A stretch of 64,000 nucleotides of DNA from Gemmatimonadales bacterium (GTDB lineage: Bacteria > Gemmatimonadota > Gemmatimonadetes > Gemmatimonadales > GWC2-71-9): contig JBFIHA010000001.1 in the NCBI GenBank assembly GCA_041602035.1, forward strand, positions 74,941 through 138,940, in the 5' to 3' direction. The translations under genes were made by a program, and so were the position numbers. The notes below the pieces were generated by a model that was not told where the DNA came from, made no database searches, and was given only the letters and a program-made list of their open reading frames with translations. Below are positions 8,686 to 17,558 of the stretch, one piece after another. The first letter of the stretch is position 1; each line of letters starts with the position of its first letter.

Positions 8686-10043
8686 GATGGGTCCCTCACG
8701 ATGACTGGTCTTCGGTTGGCCCGAATCCTCGCAAACACAACGTAGAACGGCAGGCCCGCCAGAACGGTGAGAATGGCGATCGATGACTCCACCGGGCGCT
8801 CCTGAAAGGCGAGCACTAGGATCAGCACACTCACCGCGGCGAACAGGAGCGCCGCCATCGGGTAGGCCGGCGCCGTTGCTCCCTCGTCTCGACGGAGTTT
8901 GAACACCCCCATCACGACCAGGATAGGAAAGATGCCGAGACAGAAGCCCATGTAGGTCAGGATCTGATCGAACGTTCCCGACAGCACGAGCACGACGGCG
9001 ATCAGGCACTGGAGTAGGATGGCTTTGGAGGGCACGCGGAAGACCGGATGGACGTCGGCCAGCAGGCGAAAAAAGTATCCGTCCTTGGCCATGGCATAGT
9101 AGACCCTCGGCCCTAGGATGATCAGCGCGCTGATGGACGATAGCAGGGCGAAGGCAATCATCAGCGAGATAACGCGCTCCACCCAGCCGCCGAAGAGGCG
9201 GGAGGCGGCCAAGCCTCCAATGGCGATGGTCCCGTTCATCTCGGCCGGCGGCACGGCGTAGACGTACAGGACGTTCAGTCCCAGATAGAGGAGGATGACG
9301 AGCCCGGTGCCCGCGAGCAGCGAGCGCGGGAGATTCCGGCGGGGTTCTTGGATCTCGGAGCCGATGTAGACGGCAGCATTCCACCCGCTGTAGGCGAACA
9401 TGATCCACATCAGCGACAGCCCGACGGCCTTCCACCCATCCCCGTCGAGCGCGACGGCATGGCCGGCCGAGAGGTTGCGAAGATCGCCAGTGCCGAGTGC
9501 AAAGCCGATCACGATCAGTCCGGCGATGAGCAGGACCTTGCCGACGGTGAGGAGGTTTTGCACCTTCGCGCCAAGCTCGATGCCACGGAGATGCACGAGC
9601 GTGAGGCATACGATCACCAGGATGGCGATCGACCGTTTGACGGTGACCGCACCGCCCCACGTGAGCACCTGTGGGAATGCGCTCGTCAGGTACTCGCTCA
9701 GTCCCAGCGACGAAGCCGCCAGCGGGGCGGAGAACCCCACGAAGAACGAGACCCACCCGGTGAGGAAGCCGAAGATCGGGTGGAACTGCTCGGAGAGGTA
9801 CACGTACTCGCCGCCCGCGCGGGGCATGGCGGCGCCCAGGGCACCGTAGCAGAGCGCGCCGCACAGCGCGAGCGCTCCGCCCGCGACCCAGAGGACGATC
9901 ATGAGCACCGGGCTGCCCAGTTCGGCCATGAGCAGCCCGGACGTGGTGAAGATCCCCGCCCCGATCATGTTGGCTACCACGAGGTTCGCGGCGGGGAACA
10001 GACCGAGCGTTCGCGAGAGCGCTGGGGCGGGTGGATCGGTCAC
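8682..10043 (-). CDS. APC-superfamily amino acid permease
   Basis: About 12 hydrophobic segments and the NMIGAGIFTTSG signature near the N-terminus. Confidence 0.92.
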   Translation of the reverse strand: MTDPPAPALSRTLGLFPAANLVVANMIGAGIFTTSGLLMAELGSPVLMIVLWVAGGALALCGALCYGALGAAMPRAGGEYVYLSEQFHPIFGFLTGWVSFFVGFSAPLAASSLGLSEYLTSAFPQVLTWGGAVTVKRSIAILVIVCLTLVHLRGIELGAKVQNLLTVGKVLLIAGLIVIGFALGTGDLRNLSAGHAVALDGDGWKAVGLSLMWIMFAYSGWNAAVYIGSEIQEPRRNLPRSLLAGTGLVILLYLGLNVLYVYAVPPAEMNGTIAIGGLAASRLFGGWVERVISLMIAFALLSSISALIILGPRVYYAMAKDGYFFRLLADVHPVFRVPSKAILLQCLIAVVLVLSGTFDQILTYMGFCLGIFPILVVMGVFKLRRDEGATAPAYPMAALLFAAVSVLILVLAFQERPVESSIAILTVLAGLPFYVVFARIRANRRPVIVRDPS

Positions 10044-10269
10044 TGGTGCGCCTGCATGTCTACTGCTAACTACGTCTGCAGGCGGTCAGGTGTTGAGAGC
10101 GATACTCGAGGACCCCGTGCGGCGAGACGCGCGTGGTCCCTCTGGCCTATCCTCCTACTGGAGGGTACCTTGGCTCATTCTCGACCAATGCTATCGCATT
10201 TCTGGGACCGGGCGTCGTTCGACATTTCCCCGGGAGCCCTTTGAATACTTCAACCCGAGTGGGGAGCCC

Positions 10270-11058
10270 ATGAAGACCCGATTCACCCTCGTTCTCGCCG
10301 TCGCCGCCCTCATCGCCGTGCCGCGAGCGGCACTCGCGCAGGAGATGCCGCGACTGGGCGAGATGTCTGCCGTGTCGGTGTGGCAGGTTGATCCTGCCGA
10401 CATGGGAACGTTCATGACCGTGGCGCAGAAGGTCGCCCAGGCCGCCAAGCAGGCCAAGCTGGGCCGGGGATATGGCTGGACCATGTGGCAAACCTCGTAC
10501 TCCATCTCCATTATCGGCCCGTTCAACAAGGCGGAGCTGGATGATCCCCAAATCTGGATGAAGCAGTTCATGGGGACGCCGGGTGAGGCCACCCTGATGC
10601 AGGCCATGCAGGAGTTCGAGGGGGTGGACATCCTCGGCGGTGCGACCGAGATCGTGCAGGAGATGCCCGACTGGGGGTACATGCCCGAGGGCATGACCGC
10701 GCCGCCCATGGCCTGGGTGCACATCCACGAGTTCTGGCTCCGGAGTGGGGAAGCGAACTTCGCCAAGTGGAACGCGCTCATCCCCGAGTTCGTGGCGTTC
10801 TTCGAGGCCATCGGGTATCCCTATCCCATGTGGTCCCACATGGTGCGGTACGGGGACAACCGGACCCTGTTCGTGACGGCCTACGATAACGCCGGCGAGT
10901 TCTTCGGCACCAAGAGCGTGACGGCGCTTGCCGAAAAACACGGGATGGTCGATCGCTGGCAGCAGCTGCTCACCCGCCTCAACGAGCTGGTTTTGCGGCA
11001 CCGGGAAAGCGACGCGCAGTACCTGGCGGCGCAGAGCTACGTCGTCACGTCGCAGTAG
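10270..11058 (+). CDS. secreted hypothetical protein, two-lobed Trp-rich architecture
   Basis: Signal peptide ending ALAQ. Coding-like composition. Its layout resembles CDS 26871..27629. Confidence 0.7.
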   Translation: MKTRFTLVLAVAALIAVPRAALAQEMPRLGEMSAVSVWQVDPADMGTFMTVAQKVAQAAKQAKLGRGYGWTMWQTSYSISIIGPFNKAELDDPQIWMKQFMGTPGEATLMQAMQEFEGVDILGGATEIVQEMPDWGYMPEGMTAPPMAWVHIHEFWLRSGEANFAKWNALIPEFVAFFEAIGYPYPMWSHMVRYGDNRTLFVTAYDNAGEFFGTKSVTALAEKHGMVDRWQQLLTRLNELVLRHRESDAQYLAAQSYVVTSQ

Positions 11059-11086
11059 GGCACGCGAGCCCGTCGATCTCGATATG

Positions 11087-11128
11087 GAGCGAGCCGGTTC
11101 TCTGAGCCGGCTCGCTCTTGCGTTTGCG
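11087..11128. terminator. bidirectional terminator hairpin between convergent genes
   Basis: Perfect 11-bp stem gagcgagccgg / ccggctcgctc with a 9-nt loop, followed by TTGCGTTTGCG. Confidence 0.65.
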
Positions 11129-11160
11129 CGAGTGTGATGCGGGCGAGGGGTGCCGGACGA

Positions 11161-11532
11161 TCAGTTCTGGTCCGCGATCCGTCCCAGATAGGGTCGGTCC
11201 CACGCGACGTCGAACAGTCCCTGACAGTCGTCGCAGCGGAGCCTCGGTGGCCGGCCCATCGGCAGCTGGCGATGGCGGCAGGCGGGGCACACCGCGTAGC
11301 CCTTGGCCCACCGTGGAGGAATCACGGCTGCATTGCTCGCCTGGGCGACGACGGTCCAGTCGGTGGGCCGGTCCGAGACGATTTCGAGGTGACGGAGCGG
11401 CAGGAACCGCTGCTGCCCGCGCACCGCGAGCAGCGCCTCGGTACGTCCGAGCGCCACGGTCTCGTACCATGCTCCGCGACGCAGCCCGCAGTCGACGTCC
11501 TGCCTGAGACGAGCCCATCCGGTTCCCGGCAT
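11161..11532 (-). CDS. hypothetical protein with C-terminal CxxC...CxxC zinc-ribbon
   Basis: CPACRHRQ and CDDCQG pairs. Compact ORF bounded by a convergent terminator hairpin. Confidence 0.55.
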   Translation of the reverse strand: MPGTGWARLRQDVDCGLRRGAWYETVALGRTEALLAVRGQQRFLPLRHLEIVSDRPTDWTVVAQASNAAVIPPRWAKGYAVCPACRHRQLPMGRPPRLRCDDCQGLFDVAWDRPYLGRIADQN

Positions 11533-11673
11533 GACCGCATCCCTCCGAGCGGGTGCCTGCTCAAAGATCGGGCCGCGGCAGCAGACCAGCGGTGCGGCAG
11601 GTCACAGGATTAGTCCTGATTACCCTTGAGCGCAACTCACGGCCCCCGGCGATGGCGACTGGGGCAGGGATGC

Positions 11674-11702
11674 TTGACAGTGTCCAGAGCGACCCGTACG
11701 CT
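11674..11702 (+). promoter_or_regulatory. candidate sigma70-type promoter upstream of nagB
   Basis: TTGACA at 11674..11679, a 17-nt spacer, then TACGCT at 11697..11702. This is about 125 nt upstream of the GTG start. Confidence 0.4.
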
Positions 11703-11826
11703 TGCCGGGCGATCCGAAGCCGGTTCGGACTGTCGCAGCATCACTCCACCCGTCCCTGACAGATGACGACAACGCACTCTCCATACGCGCCACGGGCGCC
11801 CGGCGGGTGAGCAAGGGGAGCGTCAC

Positions 11827-12609
11827 GTGGAAATCATCATCAAAGACGACTATCAGCAGATGAGCCGGGCTGCGGCGGAGATCGTGGCAGAGGTGCTGAA
11901 CACCAAGCCCAACGCCGTCCTGGGCATGGCGACCGGGTCCACACCGCTGGGGCTTTATCAGGAACTGGTTCGCCTGCACAAGGAGGAGCAACTCGACTTC
12001 TCACGTGTCACGACGTTCAACCTGGACGAGTACGTCGGCCTGCCGGTGAACCATCCGCAGAGCTACCACTACTTCATGCACGAGCACTTCTTCAAGCACG
12101 TGAACATCCCGGCGCACAACATCAACATCCCGTCCGGCACGACCAGCAACTACCAGGCGTTTTGCGAGTGGTATGAGCGACGCATCGATGAGTGCGGGGG
12201 GATCGATCTCCAGATCCTGGGCATCGGGTCGGACGGCCACATCGCGTTCAATGAGCCGGCCAGCTCGCTGAGCTCGCGGACACGACTCAAGACGTTGTCC
12301 GAGCAGACAATCGACGATAATGCCAGGTTTTTCGACCGTCGGGAGGAAGTGCCGGTCTACGCCATCACCATGGGAGTGGGCACGATTCTCGACGCGCGCA
12401 AGCTCATTCTGCTCGCGAGCGGGCAGAAGAAGGCCAAGGCGATCGCCCAGGCGGTCGAGGGGCCCGTCACCAGCATGGTGACGGCGAGCGCGCTCCAGTT
12501 GCACAGTGATGCCAAGGTGATCGTCGACCAGGAGGCGGCGAGCAAGCTCGCCATGCGCGACTACTACGAGTTCATCTACGCTGCCAAGCCTGGCGCGCCT
12601 CGGACCTAG
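11827..12609 (+). CDS. nagB: glucosamine-6-phosphate deaminase
   Basis: GMATGSTP, FNLDEY and LGIGSDGHIAFNEP motifs. GTG start. Confidence 0.95.
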   Translation: MEIIIKDDYQQMSRAAAEIVAEVLNTKPNAVLGMATGSTPLGLYQELVRLHKEEQLDFSRVTTFNLDEYVGLPVNHPQSYHYFMHEHFFKHVNIPAHNINIPSGTTSNYQAFCEWYERRIDECGGIDLQILGIGSDGHIAFNEPASSLSSRTRLKTLSEQTIDDNARFFDRREEVPVYAITMGVGTILDARKLILLASGQKKAKAIAQAVEGPVTSMVTASALQLHSDAKVIVDQEAASKLAMRDYYEFIYAAKPGAPRT

Positions 12610-12679
12610 CGCCGGCGCAGTTCTTCCCCCGGGGCGGCGACGCGGGCGTCCGCCGGCCTTTGGTGTTATCCATGGTGTC

Positions 12680-14626
12680 ATGCTTCGTGTAATGGCCATC
12701 GGCGTCACCGCCACGCTCCTTATCCGGGGAGCAACCGCGCAGGAAGCCCCGCCGCAGATTGTGTCGCGCACCGAATCTCGTGACGCATGGGGCGTGGACC
12801 GCCTTGCCGACCTGCGCTTCGGGCGCGTCGCGCTCGTGGCCGCACCCGAGGGCGTCCGGCTCGACGTCCGCCGGCTGCGCGAAACGCCGGTGCCGATCCC
12901 GCCGGTGAGCATGGAAGGCCGTGCCCCGACGGGCGCGGGCAACATCTTCGTCGTGAGTAATTTCGGTGAGAGCAACCGCACGCCGTTGGGCGGATACTTC
13001 GGCACCTTTCAGCGTGACCCGTCACGGGCCGAGGCACGTGTCGATCGCATGGCGGACGGGCGGCGCGCGCTTGAGCTCATCTGTCGGGTGGAGGGCACGG
13101 GGTTCTGCGGTCTCTGGATCCAACTCTACGACTTCGAAGCCGCACCCGAGGCACGACGCTATCTGGACGCCCGAGGGTTCTCTACACTGAGCTTCTGGAT
13201 TCGCGGGCGTGCCGGCGGTGAGCCGCTTCTCCTGAAAGCGGCCGACGCCGTGTGGGAGCAGCGGGAGGACGCCTTACCGGTCGGTGACGTGGCAGCGTTC
13301 CTTCCCACCGGCCGCGTAGACACGACATGGCAACAAGCGGTCATCCCCCTCGAACGCCTCCCGGTACGCTTGCGGCGTGAGGCGTTGGCGATGCTGGTAT
13401 TCGAAGCCACCGCGCCCGGCACCAGTACGATCGAGCTTGGGCCGGTGGCCCTGTCGGTCGCGCCCCGCGATCTGCCGTCACTTCCCGATCCGCAGCTGGC
13501 GGTGGAGCCGACCTCCGTCGGGCACAAGGCGACGTGGGTATGGAATACCGCCGAACTGCTGGCTGATTCGCTCAAGCGATCCACGATGCTCGCATTCCTG
13601 GAGCGGGAGGGGTTCGACCGCGTGTTTCTCCAGCTTCCCGGCGTGCCGGATGCGCCGAACGTCCCGGGGGAACTCGCGATCGACACGCCGACGATGCGAT
13701 CGCTGGTGGCGGACTTCACGCGACGGGGCATGCGCGTCTACGCGCTCGACGGGTATGCGCGGTATGCGCTTCCCGAGTTCCACGCGGGCGTCCTCGCCAC
13801 GATCGACCACGTCATTCGTTACAACGATGAGGTGTCCCCGCACGAGCAGTTCTTCGGTGTGCGGTACGATATCGAGCCGTATCTGCTGCCGGCGTTCCAC
13901 GGCTCGGGGAGGGCGACGCTGCTCCGGGGGCTGCTGGAACTGACCGCCGCATCGGTCGAGCGCGCACACGCGGCCGGCCTCGTCTACGGCGCGGACATCC
14001 CGTTCTGGTATGACGCTACATCCGACGACACGCCGGAGGCGGTCACAGTCGAGTACCGGGGGATTCGGCAGCCGGTGAGCGCGCACCTGATCGACTTGGT
14101 TGACGATGTGGCGATTATGGACTACCGCACCACGGCGTACGGTGCCGACGGCACGATCCGCCACGCCTCGGGCGAGCTCGCGTACGCGTCACGGCGCGGG
14201 AAGCCGGTGCTCATTGCGCTTGAGACCTTCGATCTCCCCGACGAGGTGCTCCTGGAGGTGCACGGCGCGCCTCGGCGGGGCCTGCCGTCGCGCGCGTCTA
14301 CCCAAGCGGTGGTTGCCGTCGTGACCGCCGGAGATTCGCTGCTTGTCGTCTACGTGAAGGCTGCCGCGGGAGCCGACACGGCGGTTGCCGATTGGCTCGC
14401 CGAACGGGGACTGGACGCCATGGATGTCTGGTGGTGGCCGGTGAGCCGACGGGTCGAGGTCCCCGCCGCCAAACTCACGTTCGCGCGGCATGATCTGCGC
14501 CACCTCAACGACGTGGTGCGCGGAACCGCGGCGGAGCTTCGGCGCTACCCGTCCTTCGCCGGCTTCGCCCTGCATTCCGCTGAGAGCTACATGGCGCTGG
14601 TTGAGCGCGGGGCGCCGCCGCGGTAG
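12680..14626 (+). CDS. secreted protein with an N-terminal beta-sandwich (CBM/CIA30-like) domain and a C-terminal glycoside-hydrolase-like TIM-barrel domain (tentative)
   Basis: Signal peptide. The N-terminal region (GLWIQLYDF, STLSFWIRG) looks like a carbohydrate-binding module. The C-terminal region has the alternating pattern of a TIM barrel (RVFLQLP, VYALDG, IPFWYD, AIMDYR). Confidence 0.75.
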   Translation: MLRVMAIGVTATLLIRGATAQEAPPQIVSRTESRDAWGVDRLADLRFGRVALVAAPEGVRLDVRRLRETPVPIPPVSMEGRAPTGAGNIFVVSNFGESNRTPLGGYFGTFQRDPSRAEARVDRMADGRRALELICRVEGTGFCGLWIQLYDFEAAPEARRYLDARGFSTLSFWIRGRAGGEPLLLKAADAVWEQREDALPVGDVAAFLPTGRVDTTWQQAVIPLERLPVRLRREALAMLVFEATAPGTSTIELGPVALSVAPRDLPSLPDPQLAVEPTSVGHKATWVWNTAELLADSLKRSTMLAFLEREGFDRVFLQLPGVPDAPNVPGELAIDTPTMRSLVADFTRRGMRVYALDGYARYALPEFHAGVLATIDHVIRYNDEVSPHEQFFGVRYDIEPYLLPAFHGSGRATLLRGLLELTAASVERAHAAGLVYGADIPFWYDATSDDTPEAVTVEYRGIRQPVSAHLIDLVDDVAIMDYRTTAYGADGTIRHASGELAYASRRGKPVLIALETFDLPDEVLLEVHGAPRRGLPSRASTQAVVAVVTAGDSLLVVYVKAAAGADTAVADWLAERGLDAMDVWWWPVSRRVEVPAAKLTFARHDLRHLNDVVRGTAAELRRYPSFAGFALHSAESYMALVERGAPPR

Positions 14627-14735
14627 CCGAGATCAGCGGCGCTTTGCAAGCGGCGGGTCGACGCGTCATGTTGGAGGCGAGCGATCCGATCCGACGACAT
14701 CGGCAGCACGTCCCACCCACGCGAGGGCATCAGGA

Positions 14736-15638
14736 ATGAGTGCGGAGCAGTTCGTCAAACGGGCACGCAGCCTCTCGAGACCGTACCGTGTCACGACCGG
14801 GAAGAAGTTCCGGCTCACCGACTACGATCCCGCCGACACGGGAACACTCGGCTCGGGGGACAAGCCCCAGGCCAAGAAGGCCCTCCGAGCCGGGGTGAAG
14901 GCAATGGCGGAGCTGCAGGAGATGCTGTACGCCCAGGACCGATGGGCCGTGCTCCTGGTGTTCCAGGCGATGGACGCCGCGGGGAAGGACAGCGCCATCA
15001 AGCATGTGATGTCGGGCGTGAACCCGCAGGGCTGCCAGGTGTTCTCGTTCAAGGCGCCCAGCAAGGAAGAGCTGGATCACGACTATCTGTGGCGCTGCCT
15101 CCAGCGACTCCCAGAGCGGGGACGGATAGGGATCTTCAACCGCTCGTACTATGAGGAAGTACTGGTGGTGCGCGTGCATCCCGCGATCCTCGAAGGGCAG
15201 AACCTCCCATCCCAGCTCGTGACGGACCGCATCTGGAGACAACGGTTCGAGGACATCCGGAACGTCGAGCAGTATCTCACCCACAACGGCGTCGTGATCC
15301 GGAAGTTCTTCCTCCACGTGTCGAAGGAAGAACAGCAGGACCGGTTTCTCGATCGCATCGACCGGCCCGAGAAGAACTGGAAGTTCTCCGCCGCCGACCT
15401 CGCGGAGCGCGCGCACTGGGACGACTACATGCACGCGTACGAGGACATGATTCGTCACACGGCCACGAAGGAGGCGCCGTGGTACGTGGTCCCCGCGGAC
15501 CGGAAGTGGTTCACGCGTATGGTGGTGGCGTCGGCGATCGTCGACGCGCTTGCCTCGCTCGACCTGCATTTTCCGACAGTCGACAGAGCCGGCAGGCGGA
15601 AACTGGCCAAGCTGCGGAAGGAGTTGGAGGGCGAATAG
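14736..15638 (+). CDS. polyphosphate kinase 2 (PPK2) family phosphotransferase
   Basis: QAMDAAGKD Walker-A-like motif, DYLWR and IFNRSYYEEVLVVRVH motifs. Confidence 0.92.
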   Translation: MSAEQFVKRARSLSRPYRVTTGKKFRLTDYDPADTGTLGSGDKPQAKKALRAGVKAMAELQEMLYAQDRWAVLLVFQAMDAAGKDSAIKHVMSGVNPQGCQVFSFKAPSKEELDHDYLWRCLQRLPERGRIGIFNRSYYEEVLVVRVHPAILEGQNLPSQLVTDRIWRQRFEDIRNVEQYLTHNGVVIRKFFLHVSKEEQQDRFLDRIDRPEKNWKFSAADLAERAHWDDYMHAYEDMIRHTATKEAPWYVVPADRKWFTRMVVASAIVDALASLDLHFPTVDRAGRRKLAKLRKELEGE

Positions 15639-15642
15639 ACCC

Positions 15643-15703
15643 GGGAACTGGGAACGGGAAACGGGAAGAGGAGATTGACCGATCCGACGATCTGACGATC
15701 CCC
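15643..15703 (+). repeat. composite element: GGGAAC(N) 6-7-nt repeat (4 GGG tracts) plus 3 units of CGATCYNN
   Basis: GGGAACTGGGAACGGGAAACGGG at 15643..15665. cgatccga cgatctga cgatcccc at 15680..15703. It starts 5 nt after the PPK2 stop. Confidence 0.8.
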
Positions 15704-15783
15704 AAGGCCGTGAGTGGGGCGGCTAGCGATCCGCTCGACGCCACGCCACCCTACCCGGCCATGATTCCCGTCCGCTCCCACCA

Positions 15784-17184
15784 GTGACGCCGCTCCTCGC
15801 GGCCATCCTCGGCTACCTCGCGGTCCAGCTCGGGATCGGCGTCTGGGCGTCGCGGCGAGTCCACACGGAAGACGACTATCTGGTGGCGGGACGTCGGCTG
15901 GGGTACCCGCTCGCCGTGCTTTCCATCTTCGCCACGTGGTTCGGGGCGGAGACGTGCATTGGCGCGGCGGGCGAGATCTATCGCGAGGGGATCTCGTTCA
16001 CGTCGGCCGAGCCGTTCGGCTACGGGCTGTGTCTCATCTTCATGGGGCTCGTGTTTGCGGTGCCGCTGTGGCGCCGCAAGCTGACGACGCTGCCCGACCT
16101 GTTCCGGCAGCGGTTCTCGGTGCCGGTGGAGCGGCTGGCAGCACTGATTCTCATTCCGGGGTCCATTCTCTGGGCCGCGGCCCAGGTGCGAGCCTTCGGT
16201 CACGTGCTGTCCAGCGCGTCCTCGCTGGACGTGGATTTCGCCATCACGGCGGCGGCGGCGTTCGTGATCCTCTACACCGCGGTCGGCGGACTGCTGGCCG
16301 ATGCGGTGACCGACCTGGTGCAGGGAATCCTGCTCGTGCTGGGTCTCCTGATCGTCGGCATCGCCGCCGTGGCCCATCTCGGCGGGGTGCAGGACGCCGC
16401 GGCCGCCGTGGCGAACGGATTGGGGTCCGGCATCCCCCACGGCGCCACGCGCGCCTCGCTGCTTGATACCGTCGAAGCCTGGGCGATCCCTGTGTGCGGC
16501 TCCGTGGTGGCGGTGGAGCTGGTCGGGCGCGTGATTGCCGCCCGCACGCCGGAGATCGCGAGCCGCTCCAGCGTCGTCGCGGGCGTGATGTACGTCGCCG
16601 TAGGACTCATTCCCGTGTTCGTCGGTCTCACCGGGGCCGCCATCGTTCCCGACTTGGCCGATGCGGAACAGCTCCTGCCGATGGTGGCACAGACCCTCCT
16701 GCCGGCAGTTCTGTACGCCCTGTTTGCCGGCGCGCTCATTTCGGCGATTCTCTCGACGGTGGACAGCACACTGCTGGTCGGCTCAGGGCTGTTGTCGCAC
16801 AACCTCATCGTGCCCCTGTTGCGGTACCCGACCGAGCGCCAGCGCGTCCTGATCGCGCGGCTCGGCGTGGGCGGGTTCGGGATCCTGGCCTATGTGCTGG
16901 CCCTCCGGGCCGAGGGCGTGTACGCGCTGGTGGAGCAGGCGTCGGCGTTCGGCAGCGCGGGCACGCTGGTGATCGTGAGCTTCGGGTTGTTCACCCGGAT
17001 CGGCGGGGCGACCACCGCGGCGGCGACCCTGCTCGCGGGGGTAGGAAGCTATCTGGCGGCCAGCATTGGCGGCCTCCCGCATCCGTTTCTGACATCCCTC
17101 GCCGCGGCACTCGGGACGTACGGCGGCGGCGCGGTGCTCGAGGCGGTGGCGCGGCGAGCAGCCGTGGGTGTCGACCAACCGTAG
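15784..17184 (+). CDS. sodium:solute symporter (SSS) family transporter
   Basis: DYLVAGRRLG and ATWFGAET signatures. About 13 TM segments. GTG start. Confidence 0.9.
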   Translation: MTPLLAAILGYLAVQLGIGVWASRRVHTEDDYLVAGRRLGYPLAVLSIFATWFGAETCIGAAGEIYREGISFTSAEPFGYGLCLIFMGLVFAVPLWRRKLTTLPDLFRQRFSVPVERLAALILIPGSILWAAAQVRAFGHVLSSASSLDVDFAITAAAAFVILYTAVGGLLADAVTDLVQGILLVLGLLIVGIAAVAHLGGVQDAAAAVANGLGSGIPHGATRASLLDTVEAWAIPVCGSVVAVELVGRVIAARTPEIASRSSVVAGVMYVAVGLIPVFVGLTGAAIVPDLADAEQLLPMVAQTLLPAVLYALFAGALISAILSTVDSTLLVGSGLLSHNLIVPLLRYPTERQRVLIARLGVGGFGILAYVLALRAEGVYALVEQASAFGSAGTLVIVSFGLFTRIGGATTAAATLLAGVGSYLAASIGGLPHPFLTSLAAALGTYGGGAVLEAVARRAAVGVDQP

Positions 17185-17257
17185 CAGAACGACACGGGGC
17201 AGTCGTCCGGACCCGCCCCTCTCTCGTGTCGACTCGCTCCACGCTGGCTATACCGCC

Positions 17258-17350
17258 TTAGAAGTGGCCATCCGACAGCGTCTTCAGAAACGCGACGATG
17301 GCGCGCTCGTTCTCCGGGGAGATGAACTCGCCTGAGATCCCCGTGAAACA
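17258..17350 (-). pseudogene. possible remnant of the C-terminal tail of a cytochrome c peroxidase/c-type cytochrome gene
   Basis: The last ~29 codons read FTGISGEFISPENERAIVAFLKTLSDGHF. This resembles the LSxxExxALVAFLKTL tail of di-haem peroxidases. The upstream in-frame sequence is Arg/Ala-rich and non-coding-like, with no CxxCH. Confidence 0.35.
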
Positions 17351-17558
17351 CACCGTTGCGGCGGCGGGACAGAAAGCGGATTGACGCCGTCGGTTTTGCC
17401 GGAGTGGCGGGCCGATGGCACGGTCCGGCACCGACCAGGCCCGGATCTCGTGGAACCGGGCGTTCGTCGAGACCAGATGGCGTGGCCCTTTCCCACCCGG
17501 GTCACCCGCTGCACGTTTAGGCCTCGCCCGATCAGGCGACCAGGACCCGGAGGATGCG

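Noticed and set aside
8686-9864. N-terminal 390 codons of the 612-aa minus-strand ORF 8026..9864.
   Set aside because: This part is Arg/Pro/Gly-rich with no motifs and lies out of frame over the well-supported APC permease gene. Only the last 219 codons (O-methyltransferase, from MKTL) look real. It is a typical high-GC shadow ORF.
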